From NCBI RefSeq assembly GCF_003704095.1, contig NW_020844150.1, forward strand, positions 62,001-126,000: a stretch of DNA of 64,000 nucleotides, given 5' to 3'. This stretch comes from Pocillopora damicornis. Lineage: Eukaryota. The notes under the pieces are model-generated. The model had not been told where the DNA came from, did not search any database, and was given only the letters and a program-made list of their open reading frames with translations. The translations under genes were made by a program, and so were the position numbers. Of this stretch, positions 52,108 to 64,000 are shown piece by piece (position 1 is the first letter of the stretch; each line of letters begins with the position of its first letter).

Positions 52108-54447
52108 NNNNNNNNNNNNNNNNNNNNNNNNNNNNNNNNNNNNNNNNNNNNNNNNNNNNNNNNNNNNNNNNNNNNNNNNNNNNNNNNNNNNNNNNNNNNN
52201 NNNNNNNCTTCTGCTCCACTGCTTGGCTATGTTATAGTGTACAAAGAAATCAATCAAAAATTCCAACCAGATATTATGAAATCATTACCTCCCAATCCCT
52301 CAGAAGCAGCGCTTGAGGATTTGAAAAAGTTTACTAACTACACCATCCGGGTGTATGCGTTTACAAGCAGCGGAAATGGAGTGTCTAGTAAGGCAGTCTC
52401 TCTCAGCACTCAGGAAGACGGTGAGTTTGAAATATGACGAGAAACCTTTCAGTTTCTGTGCCAGGCCTCCCGCTAGCAGGCCCCGTAAATCTATAAAAAT
52501 CAGCTTAGAGTACTGGGTGTTATATTAAGATGACGCCCTTTTGTTGGTAAGTTTGTAATTATCCTTTACATTTGTTTGTACAACATTTTTTGTATGTATG
52601 TTGTTAAGTATGTGAAGAAATAGCGAGTTAATTACTTTTAGAGCTAAAAGGGTTGCCACGGTGGGCTGAATTTGTTCATGACTTTCTTTTTTTCCCCACC
52701 GTAATAAACACCCTAAGTTTTAAAATTGAAATAAATTTCAAAATCGAAATAAGAGCCACCATGTAGATGTGGCTTTGCCGAAACTAAACCATTCAGGTTG
52801 GACGGATCACAATAGTTGTGCCAGAGAGTAGACCTCATCTCTAATGACGCTGAGTTACGTTTTTCTTTAATCAGCTAAATAAATCTTCTCTACCCAGTAC
52901 CAAGTGAGCCGCCTCCCAATAGCGTCATTAAATCTACAAGCGAGAGTTCAATCCGTGTTTCCTGGGAACAAATCAGCCAAGTCTATGTGCATGGAATACT
53001 TCTCGGCTACGAGGTGAGATACGCAATGGATGATGGGTCATCGCCTTGGGTGAGCAAGACGCTAGGTGTAGACGAATATGAAATAGTTTTAAAAGATCTG
53101 GAATATTTCACACGGTACAAAGTTGTGCTTTGCGCCAGAACATCAAAAGGCTGTGGCAAAGAGCATTCTGACATCGCTTATACGTTTGGTGATGGTGAGT
53201 TTATGCCCTCCTCCATATACAGTTAACTCTTTTATCTCCGGGAGTTACAACCGTCTCCTTGCAGTGTATTCCCACTTAGGGAGTTAATACGAAGAAGGAA
53301 ACATAACTTAAAGGAGAAATTGACTGGTTTAACAACAAATTATAAGGCTAACGTATCAAGAAATATATGGAAGACAGTGTAAAGGTTTTTGAAGGCCTGG
53401 CTTCAAGGATGGCTCATAAAAAATTTATAAATAATCATCCTCTTTAATATCTTCACAAGCTTCGTTAATAGAAGATGAACCAATCATGAACATAAAAATG
53501 TGATGAAGGACGCTTAGTGTAGGCTTCAAATATCATTGATTAATAGCCGCGCGGAAGAATAGCGTGATGCATAATATTTTTAAGACTTGAAATAGGCTGA
53601 GTGCTTCCGAGCCAGCTAGATCTTTAGAAGAAGTCTGGCACATTTCATCAGAGTCTTTCGCTAAGGCTCTGAAATCTTGTCAACCTACGGTTTTGTCAGG
53701 AGCTTTTTTTCTTATCCTCAGTGCCCAGCAAGCCTCCTCAAAGCGTGGCTGCTGAAAGACTAAAAGCTGCAGAATTCATTAAAGTCACCTGGAGTCCTGT
53801 GCCTTTTGGTTATGTGGGTGGTCTTCTCATAGGATATTCTATAAAATATCGAAGAATTGTAACGGCTGAAAAGGAAGTTCTTCCAACGGAGGAGGAAACA
53901 GCCATGGCAAAATCAACGGATCTCTTCATATTTCTGAAAGTTCAAACCTACTCAATTTACGAAATTAAAGTGGCGGCGTTCACTCAAAAGGGCATGGGCC
54001 CGTATAGCGATTATGTTTACGGTGGTAAGTTTGATGCGAAAGAGAAATACCAGGAGAGAAGAATGATAACAGCCTCACTGTAAAATGTTTTTAGAAGATT
54101 ATTTGAAATTTACTGCCAATTAACTGCCACTAAGGGGGTTCATGAGCATATTACAGAGCCTTACTGGGGACAAGGTAAATTATATCGTGACACAAACAAA
54201 ATCCTAAGGCCCCGTCCTCCTGAACATAAGCAATGCAGACCGCTTCCTTATATGATGTCGTGATTTGGTTCTCTCGTTGACGGAGGGGTGAGGGGGAGGT
54301 TAGGACAGTGGGTATTGATTTTTGTCCTTCCGATAAAAAAAAAATGGAATTTTTTTCTTCTTTTTTTCCTCTTTCCCTTCTCTTTTAGAAACATGTCGCT
54401 GTCCGAAAATCCTTTACACTAACTACTGGTCAGCTTCTCCATATCTA
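49784..54447 (+). repeat. Direct duplication of a ~2.3-kb FN3x3 + S1-start block (49784-52107 vs 52208-54447) separated by a 100-N gap
   Basis: Exons are nearly identical and introns are alignable but clearly diverged, with indels. Confidence 0.9.
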
Positions 54448-57400
54448 AGAGTGAACAAACAGGACAGGAAGTTTGGTGGAATATTGAGTAACATTGTCAT
54501 TGACATGATTCAAGTGGCTTGCGACACCTGTCCCGAATACGGTCGTACTATAGTTAAAACTGATTCAAACGGAAAAGGAAAAGATGCCTTCAAGAAAAGT
54601 CTCTTAGGAGTTCTAGCTGACATTGATAATATCCCACAGATAAGTTTCCCGATTTATGGCAACGAATACATCACAAGGTTCATGGGAAGTAATGTCTACA
54701 TAAACCTTGTGGAGTCTCCAGGACTGGCGTTTATTGCTGTTAAGAGGATGCCTGGAACAGCGGCCCGGAACATGATAAGTGCTGTGTTGGATTGCGCTCC
54801 GTTGGTAGTGCTTTCAGGCTGTATGGCATTCATCGCAGGGTTTATCATATGGGTTCTGGTGAGCACCATAAGAACTATTTACTTGTTGCAAAACGTGAAA
54901 TTGGATTTATCTAGTTCAAAACCCCATTAGTATTTGCCACGCTCTAAACAAGCGGCTTTGTACCAAATCAGCATCAAATAGGCGTGAGCTCATTCCCCGT
55001 AGAGGCGTAAATCGGTGCGGTGATGGCAATGTTGTTTAAATTTGTTGGGAATATAAAAAGTTTTTACTTCTCTTTCCCCGAATCGTCCATCGTTTAAGGC
55101 ATAAGCCTTATGAAAATACGCATGAGTTTCTTTCTTTTCTTCTGTCTGAAATCGTGTCTTTTTTCTTATTCGACAATTCCTTGAAATGACATTGTCAAGC
55201 CTCGCTCAGATCAGAAGCGGTAGTTTATTAGAAGTATAAACAATTCTCTTAAACTTTTTTTTCACGTAATAATTTTGAACAGGATATGAAACAAAACCCG
55301 GATGAATTTCCAGCCTCTTTTAGCAAAGGCGTCGGTGAAGGATTCTGGTGGTCATTTATCTCCATGACAACTGTCGGGTGAGAACAGCACGAAAAAATAA
55401 CTATTAGTCACATTACCTTGGTTAAGGACCTGTATCACTTGTTTGTTTCTTTTTTTTTCTTAAATCAGTTATGGAGATCGCTCGCCCCGTTCTGTTCCTG
55501 CTCGTATTTTTGGTATCGCATGGACCCTTACTGGTCTTGTTATTATCTCAGTTCTGATTGGTGCAATATGTTCAGCACTCACGTCTTCTACTATATCGTA
55601 TCCCGTCACCCTCTATGGCACAAAGGTGAGTTATTTCGAAGACTGTCACAACACTTTTCTAACTATTCCTTGCGCTTTGGATGGAATTTCACCAACAAAT
55701 TCGGCAAGTTCAATATCACAAATGGATTTGCATCACAAACGACGCACTGATTAATCAAATAGACTGATTGATTGATTAGCCAACTGACTAATTGATGGAT
55801 TAATTGATCGATCAGTAGATAGAAATTGTAAATGAGTGATTGGTTTTCTTATTGCTTGCTCCTGGACACTCACGAAAGCGTCCTTAATCTCTTGTTTGAT
55901 TTTATATTTAGCAGCAACATGACTATCATTGTATTACTTTGAACGTTTGAGATTTGAGATTTCAGTTTCCTTGGTATGTGGATATATATTTATGTCATTT
56001 CAGGTTGGAGCCATTCAAAACTCTACCGAGCAACGCGTCGGCGTTTTGAAAAACGCAAGAGTAAACGAAGGTAGCATTTGAATTTTCCTTTTTTCTGTGA
56101 TAACTTATCTTCTTCTTTTTTTATTTATTTATTTTTTAACCAAAAGGAAACAATTCATCTGCACGTAGCGTGCGATTTTTCCTTGATATATTAACTTAGA
56201 AAAGAAAAAGTATTTTTTTTTGCTAGACAAGTTCCATCGTCCAAGATTGGAGGTGTCAAAAAATTGAAAAGAATCTTTTGTAAGAAAAAGTTCTCTTTTA
56301 GGGCAGCTGACATGATAAGGATAATTTTCAGCCTCGTGTCATTTACTGCTAACTGTCTAGTGAGTTACTTATTTCTTTTACGGCTTTGTTATTGTGGACG
56401 TCATAGCAAACAATATAATTGATATCATCAATATCAAAATATCAAACACGTTGATCTTTGCGATGCAAGCTTGTGCGGCCGGTTATTTAAACTACCAAAT
56501 CTAAGCAAACTTACTTGGAAATGTAAACTTGCAGCAAAAAAAAGAAAAACAACGCTATTCATAATGCGTGTGGATCAGTAAAGCCGTACGAAAACTTTTT
56601 CATAATCATAGGTCTTAACTTACCTATAACTGAATCATAGATAAGAAATATACCAACTTTGAGGACCTCCGTTCAGCCCTGGAGGATGGAAAAGTTGAAG
56701 GTGCTCTTTTAGACACCTATGTTGCAGCAGAGCACAAAGACGAGCTCTTCAACGACAAAATCTTTGTGAAGGAGATTCTGGACAGACCATTCGGTTATGG
56801 AGTTGTTTTATCAGGAGCGGCAGTGAATGTGGAACAGAGATGTCGCGATTACATCAGCATGCAAATAAGCAAAATATTCCATATCATCCAGAACACAACT
56901 GAGACGCTTGATGTAAGTGTCTCATTTCCTTAAAAAAACGCCTTTGTTTGAGCACATGGAGTATTGCAATAGCTTTTGAGATACTTTTTTCGGTTGGAAA
57001 GGAAAATTTCAATTCATTGTCGTAAAATAATGCAAAGCAATCGCCACGTTCAATCAGAGAAAAGGAGAATATCGTAAGAGCCAATAACAACGCACCGCAA
57101 AACCAATCAAACTGTCTGAAGGGTGGGAAAACGCGAGGGAACAATTTACAAAAGCCGGTTTTATAATTTTTTTTCTTTGAAGCATCGACACCATGTAGTA
57201 CTTTGTCACATAATGTCAGGAACAGTTCTTCAGTGCCTGTTTTTATAAGTACACTTGAATATTTTTGATTGAAAAAGCTTTTTTGTAACTTTTTTTAACC
57301 ATATTTTAAAATCTTTTTGAGATTGGAAAGCGCCAGGATACTGGTGTTAAATAGATATCTTTATCCGGAACGAGTTTTCAAGTACTCTTTGCAACTCTAT

Positions 57401-58707
57401 GTTTCTAAAGTAATAATAAGCTTGCAGTATTGATACAGCCGACATTACCGTCCACCCTCTATCCTTAAAGAAGTTGTATAATCCCAAGCTATTCGTGGCA
57501 CAGTCCATCCACCGAACTAAAAGTATTGTGGCACAGCCTACCCACCAAAGGTACATTGTAGACATCTCTGTGCACTTTGAAAACACTGCTCGTTCTTTTT
57601 TTTTTTTTTTCCGAACTTTAGCCAGCTCCATCAGATGAGGATGTGGAGCAGAGCACGGGCCTGTTTGATGGTTCTTCTGATACGTTCCTTATCGCGATGG
57701 CTTCTTTGATTGGAATGTTAGGAGTTGCTGTCATCGTTGGACTTATTTATCAGTATAAGATATTCGTTCCTCAGGAAAACAAAGGTAAAGTTATTGCTTT
57801 GTTTAAGGGAAACCGAATAGGGTGTCTGGTTTGGTTTATTTCAAATGTGAAAATATAATATATATATAAAGGCAAATGCTTGGGTAGAATTGCGAGATCG
57901 ATTGCTCTTGGTCGCCATTTTGGATTGGTGTGACAGAGATGACGGGTTGGGTAAGAAAAAAAGAAATCTAGCGAAGGAATTCAAAGAAAGACAGACTAGC
58001 ATGTAGAAGGAGATCATGAGGTTTTTTCCCTTCTACTATTTGTCAGCTTATCTTTCCTCTCCCTTTGCGATAGGGACTATTAGCTACCAGAACAACTACC
58101 TCGCGCAAAAACGCGTCCATCGTCAGGAGAATTTGCTCAATTTGACTATTTACTATTCGAGGCTGAGCTTTTACGAGTCATAGTAAAAGTAATCAATAGT
58201 GAATATTTCATCATTTCAGTTGCAAGACTCAAGTCTTCCACATCACATTTTGCTTCGAAAGAAGCCTTTGTTGAAGAAATGAGAGAATTCGTGAACTCGT
58301 TTTATTCTGAGCTGTCCATCAAGATAAATGCGAGCAAAGAGAAGAACAAAGAAGCAATTGAAAAAATCAAAGAAAGAGTTGGAAAGAAACTTGGAGGATC
58401 TGCAAAGAGCTCGAAAATTCCTGGCCTGGTGATAAAAAATCCAGCCTATTCAAGCTCGTCTGCTGAAAACTCCTTCGACTTGAAAAGAAAACTCATCAGG
58501 CCCAGCTCGACAAAAAGCCTTCTCGATCAGACTCAACAATGGAATTCTCCAAATTCTGCAGCACTGAATCGTGTTGAAGTATTGTTGAGGTCAAAAAGCT
58601 CATCCAGTGATCACCGTAAACGTGGTATGGGGTGTGAGACAACTTTGCATAACAGTAAAGCGACGAAAAGTTATACGAAGCCCCGAAAGCTTAATGTTGC
58701 AAAATAG
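52208..58707 (+). CDS. 3' part: 3 FN3 + GluR0-like ligand-binding clamshell (S1/S2) + K+-channel pore (TTVGYGD) + M4 + cytoplasmic tail
   Basis: Exons: 52208-52420, 52898-53194 and 53722-54024 (FN3); 54389-54858 (S1+M1, ...ISFPIYG...ESPGLAFI...LVVLSGCMAFIAGFIIWVL); 55283-55377 (NPDEFP...GVGEGFWWSFISMTTVG); 55469-55625 (YGDRSPRSVPARIFGIAWTLTGLVIISVLIGAICSALT); 56004-56070 (VGAIQNSTE); 56641-56912 (LEDGKVEGALLD...FGYGVVL); 57622-57784 (M4); 58220-58707 (tail, stop). Confidence 0.9.
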
Positions 58708-60859
58708 CTCAAGTCTTACGTCCTGTCTATCGGGGAAAGAGAACATGAACCAAGGAACTTTAGAACTGGAAATATTTATGATGGTGATATTACCCCAATG
58801 CATTTGCAAAATCATCCCAAAAAAAGTGCTTTCGAATTCCCCAAAATGTTTTTATAAATGCATTTTCGTGAAAAAACCTTTTCTGAATTGCTCTCCCTGT
58901 ATTTTTCAGCCTAAATTGCAGAGCTCTCTCTTCTAAGTCACAATCTGTGTCCATGACATTTCCTATTTGGTATTTCTTTTTCGATAAGGAAATTATTCAT
59001 TCAAAGTGGAACATTTCGTCTAGAAATATTCTTTCCAATTTTTCCCATGAGTGGAAATACTGTCACAAAGTATGAATATATTCTCTCTTTCATGAAACGA
59101 GTTTGTATTTTTTGTCTTAACTTGAGCGTGGTCTACTAAACCCTGGTTTTCACATGATTGCCCTAATTTTTCCGATCGCCTCAGATATGGAGACGATCTG
59201 GTGATTGCAAAGTTCTCCTCGTTCGAATCTCCATTGATTGTACTCGTCCTTATTGTTTGGAAATTACCTAGAATACTCAGGGCCATTCGGATGATCGAGC
59301 AAAAAAAGTGATGCTCTCGTGTCTCAAGGGAGTTCACACTGTAACTATTGCTTGTCTGACACTCCCTATTGACACGAGACATCCGTTTCACAATTAGTTG
59401 TTGGAGGCATTTCTCAAGCAACTCCAGATGAGACATATTAAAACGTTTCTTTCAAAGTGAGAGATCATTCTAGGAGCCACTGAAACGCAAATAATAAACA
59501 CCACGAGGCTTTGTGATGGTGATAATGACAGGTCAAATGCTGCTTGCCGATAGGTTTCTTCGCGCATACCACACTCGATATGCTCGAAGCTGAAGTGTTT
59601 TTTTGTTTGTTTGTTTATGTTTGTGTCCCACGTGATGTTACAGATCAGTCAGAATCGTAAGTGGCGCAAGCGCGACTCGAGGACCAAGCGCAGTATAACC
59701 CCATGCCTCATTATTTCTACAGTTCCTCGGTAAAAAGAAAACAACGGCTGATAACAAAAATAACAGTTCATCTCTGGGACTACTGCTCTGTTAAAAGCGG
59801 TTTGCAGCTTATCGGAGATCATCTCTTTGGATCTTTTTTCCTAGTCGAAGTGGGCAATTATAGTTAATTGTGTGTTTCGTTCATGTACATTATATTTCCT
59901 TTCTCTTCGTAATTCGACTCTGTTAACGACGGAACATATTTTTGAACACCTGCTACAGGTGAATATAGCACGTTTTTGTTGCGTGATCGCTCAGGGATGC
60001 TGACGTTTTTTTTAATTAATAAGCTTATAGCATGTTGAAATTTGCTGATGTTCTCTAAATTACAATCATATCTTCTAGTCTGCTCCTTAAGATTATTCGC
60101 AAACTTAAACGACTGCGCTCAGGAATAAGAAAGAAATGTAAAAACCTTCCCAGCTGTGCTCTGCAAAACAGCAATGGAAAGTAAGAACATCTCATAATTT
60201 TTTGATGTTAACATATAGTTTTATTCATTATTTTTTCTTTAAACTCCAAAAATAGAAATAGCTCAGTGACGTCATCACACAACTTCCTTTTTCTACTCAC
60301 ACTTAAGTCGCATAACTCCGGCATATGCCAAAACATTGGCAAATCAAAAGCGTTTCTCGTTTCCACAGAGACCTTAATTGAGGTTGACTTTGCTACATAA
60401 GGCAGGAGAGACTATTTGTAGTACACCATTAAAACCTTGATTTCGGGTCATCTAAATTGAAGAGCTGAATTATTTCTACAGAAGAAATTTTGGGAGTAAT
60501 TTCTTTCCAATGATTTACCTCAATTTTGAGACCATTCGCCTCCACTAGGATGGTAAGTTTCAGTTTTAACAATGCATTAATGTTTACAGGGTTTATCGCA
60601 GGATTTAATTTTTTCTTGGCAATAAACAGAGTTATTGTTTTCTTTTCTATATTTGCCTTTTACTTCTCCGAGAAACAAAACCATTAAAATTTATCGCGTC
60701 CTTAAGATGTGGTACGAAATTACATAGTTCGACTGTTTAATAACGACATACTTTCCTGCTAAGAGTAAGGAGAGTGGGGTAAAGGGGGCAGGGGGTATAC
60801 CTTGAAAGGATAAAAGTATGGAAATTCACTAGGCAATATTTCAAAGATTAAATATAATA

Positions 60860-61140
60860 TAATACACTTTATTTCAAGAGGGTAGCACGGAATAGTTACA
60901 GAAACTAGTAAACTTGTGGCCCTCTATCTAAAATTCAAATTATAACAACATATTCCGAATATACAAAGTCAAAGTGCAAAATAAATAAAACTATGGAAAT
61001 ATAGAAGTTCTGCATCAATATAAATAAGTATAAAAGCTAATGATATGAAAAGATAAATATATGCAAAATAAGATTAAACTATGAAATGGTGTAATTCCTT
61101 GCCGCTCTTCGAAGAAGATATCTCGATAGTTATTCTTAAA
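60860..61140 (-). mobile_element. Probable LINE (L2-like) 3' tail fragment
   Basis: Minus strand gagggccacaagtttactagtttc...gtgctaccctcttgaaataaagtgtatt forms a 3' stem-loop plus AATAAA tail. Recognised from memory only. Confidence 0.4.
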
Positions 61141-61624
61141 GGAATACCTTATTAATCAACTTATAAAGAAATTGAAATTATCTGCAAAATTTTTAGCGGG
61201 TGAGTATATGAAGAAAATTCATATTTTGTTGTTCTGATCAGTGGTTACGAAGTTAAATTCTACTTCCTGCAGAGTTTTTATAAATGACAGTGAAGGTGAA
61301 TGGTCTCCAAATTGAGTAAGTGACGAAATGTCTCTGTTCAAATGTGTAATTTCCTTATCAAAAAGGAAATGCCAAATAGGAAATATTGTGGAAAAAGATT
61401 GTAACTTTGAAGAAGGAGGTCTGCAATGTAGGCTGGAAAATACAGGGAAAGCAATTCCGAAAAGGATTTTTCACAAAATGTAACATTTTGGGGAATTCGA
61501 AAGAACATTTTTTGGGATGATTTTGCAAATGCATTTGGGCAATATAACCATTATGAACATGTCTAGTTTTAAAGTTCCTCGGTTTACCTTCTCTCTCCCC
61601 GATTCGCAGCACGCAAGACATTAG

Positions 61625-63689
61625 CTATTTTACAATATTAAGCTTTCTGGGCTTCGTATAACTTTTCTTCGCTTTACTGTTATGCAAAGTTGTCTCACAA
61701 CCCATATCACGTTGACGGTGATTATTGGATGAGCTTTTTGACCTCAACAATACTTCAGCACGATTCAAAGCTGCAGAATTTGGGGAATGCCATTGTTGAG
61801 TCTGATCGGGAAGGCTTTTTTTCGAGCTGGGCCCGATGAGTTTTCTTTTCATGTCGAAGGAGTTTTCAGCCGACGAGCTTGAATAGACTGGATTTTTTAT
61901 CACCAGGCCTGGAATTTTCGAGCTCTTTGCAGATCCTCCAAGTTTCTTTCCAACTGTATGTTTTTCTTTGATCTTCTTGATTGCTTGTTTGTTCTTCTCT
62001 TTGCTCGCATTTATCTTGATGAACAGCTCAGAATAGAACGAGTTCACGAATTCGCTCATTTCTTCAACAAAAGCTTCTTTCGAAGCAAAATGTGATGTAG
62101 ATGATTTGAGTCTTGCAACTGAAATAACAAAAATTTCACGATTGATTGCTCTACCATAAATCTTAAAACTCAGGCTATTTTTTTAAAAGCTCAGCCTCCA
62201 AAAGTAAAGAGTCAAATCTAGCAAATTCTCCCGACGATTGCTCCCGTTTTTGAGCGAGTTAGTTTTCTGGTAGCTAATAGTTCCCATCTTGGATTTGCAA
62301 AGGGAGAGGAAGGATAAGCTGACAAGTATTAGACGGAAAACAAACCTCGTCATCTCCTTCCAGCTGCCAGTCTGTCTTTCTATCAATTGCCTCGCTAGAT
62401 TACATTTTTTTTACCCAACCCAGGTCATCTCGGTCACACCAATCCAAAATTGCGGCCAAGAGAAATCGATCTCGCAATTCTTCCCAAGCATTTGCCTTTA
62501 TGTGTAATCTATGTTCACATTTGAAATAAACCAAACCAGACACCCTATTTGGTTTCCATTAAACAAAGCAATACCTTTACCTTTGTTTTCCAGAGGAACA
62601 AATATCTTATAATGATAAATAAGTCCAACGATGACAGCAACTGCTAACATTCCAATCAAAGAAGCCATCGCGATAACGAACATATCAGAAGAACCATCAA
62701 ACAGGCCCGTGCTTTGTTCCACATCCTCATCTGATGAAGCTGGCTAAAGTAAAAAAAAGAACGAACAGCGTTTTCAAAGTGCACAGGGCTGTCTGCAATG
62801 TACCTTTGGTGGGTAGACTGTGCCACGAATAGCTTGAGATTATACGATTTCTTTAATGATAGAGGGTGGTCGGTAATGTCAGTCAGGTAATGTCTATCAA
62901 TACTGGAAGCTTATTATTACCTTAGAAACATAGAGTTGCAAAGAGTGCTTAAAAACTCGTTCCGGATAAAGATATCTATTTAGCACCAATTTCCTAATGT
63001 TCAAAGGCGCTTTCCAATCTCAAAAAGATAAAAAGTGGTTCTATAAAAGTAATAAAAAAGCTAATTCAACCAAGAAAAGTTTTAAGTGTAATTAGGAAAA
63101 ACAGGCACTGATGAACTGTTTCTGATATTACACAAAGTACTACACGGTGTTGATGCTTCAGAAAATAAAACCAGCTTTTCTGAGTTGATCGCTCGCGTTT
63201 TCATGCCCTTCAGACAGTTTGATTGGTTTTACCGTGCGTTCTTATTGGTTCTTTCGATATTCTCCTTTTATCTGATTGAACGTTGTGATTTCTTTGCTTT
63301 ATTTTTACGACAATTAATTGAAGTTTTCTCTTCTAACCCAAAAAAGTACCTCAAAAACCTCTGCATACTCCATGTGTTCAAACGAAAGCGTTTTTTTAAA
63401 GAAAATGAGACACTCACATCAAGCGTTTCTGTTGTGTTCTGGATGATTTGGATTATTTTGCTTATTTGCATGCTGATGTAATCGCGACATCTCTGTTCCA
63501 CATTTACTGCTGCTCCTGATAGAACAACTCCATAACCAAATGGTCTGTCCAGAATCTCTTTGACGAATATTTTGTCGTTGAAGAGCTCGTCTTTGTGTTC
63601 CGCCGCAACATATGTGTCTAAAAGAGCACCTTCAACTTTTCCATCCTCCAGCGCTGAACGGATGTCCTCAAAGTTGGTATATTTCTTAT
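61625..63689 (-). CDS. 3' exons of an inverted paralog of the GluR0-like K+ channel gene (continues beyond the window)
   Basis: Exons 63418-63689 (S2, 272 nt like the + copy), 62581-62743 (M4, 163 nt) and 61625-62118 (tail). Frames are open and splice sites intact. Confidence 0.9.
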
Positions 63690-64000
63690 CTGTGATTCAG
63701 TTATAGGTTAGTTAAGACTTATGATTATAAACAAGTTTTCTCACGGCTTTACTGAGCAAAACGCATTTCCAATAGCATTTTTTTTTTGCTGCAAGTTTAC
63801 ATTTTCAAGTAAGTTTACTTAGACTTGGTAGTTTAAATAACCAGCGACACAAGCTTGCATATCAAAGATCAACTTGTTTGATATTTTGATATTGATGATA
63901 TCAATTGGGTTGTTAGCCATCACGTCCCCAATAACAAAGTCGGAGAAGAAATGAATGACAACCTAAGCAGTGGCAGTGAATGATAAGAGGCTGAAAATTA

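Noticed and set aside
54389-56912. Bacterial contamination or very recent HGT of a GluR0 gene
   Set aside because: The channel core is split by several spliceosomal introns, has an M4 helix, and is spliced to metazoan EGF/FN3 exons. Ancient HGT remains possible.
59020-59436. 138-aa minus-strand ORF between the paralogs
   Set aside because: No recognisable domain or splice context. Probably chance or a decayed repeat.

Overview
Eukaryotic, AT-rich, intron-rich genomic DNA, most consistent with a scleractinian coral or other anthozoan; the taxon is inferred from gene content and repeat types, not proven. Exons were reconstructed by hand from GT-AG sites and frame continuity. (1) NF-YB on the + strand (112-5025, 5' end upstream of the window) with a U12-type minor intron. 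(2) A ~31-exon, ~2,300-aa secreted mosaic protein on the - strand (29911->8239): signal peptide, LamG, PLAT, 5x TSP1, a ~1,200-aa region I cannot assign (beta-rich, then Cys-rich helices around an RRKR furin site), ricin-B lectin and F-type lectin. (3) The highlight, on the + strand (34632-58707): a ~1,900-aa membrane protein whose adhesion-type ectodomain (D8C, 9 EGF, 2 F5/8C, TSP1, SEA with GSV motif, 3 FN3) is spliced to a GluR0-like ligand-gated channel core (S1-M1-P-M3-S2-M4) with an intact K+ filter, TTVGYGD. The FN3 block is duplicated across a 100-N gap. (4) An inverted, tail-to-tail paralog of the channel gene (61625 to beyond 64000). Introns carry piggyBac-type MITEs, LINE/SINE remnants, palindromic repeats and microsatellites. 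No rRNA, tRNA genes or CRISPR arrays were seen.
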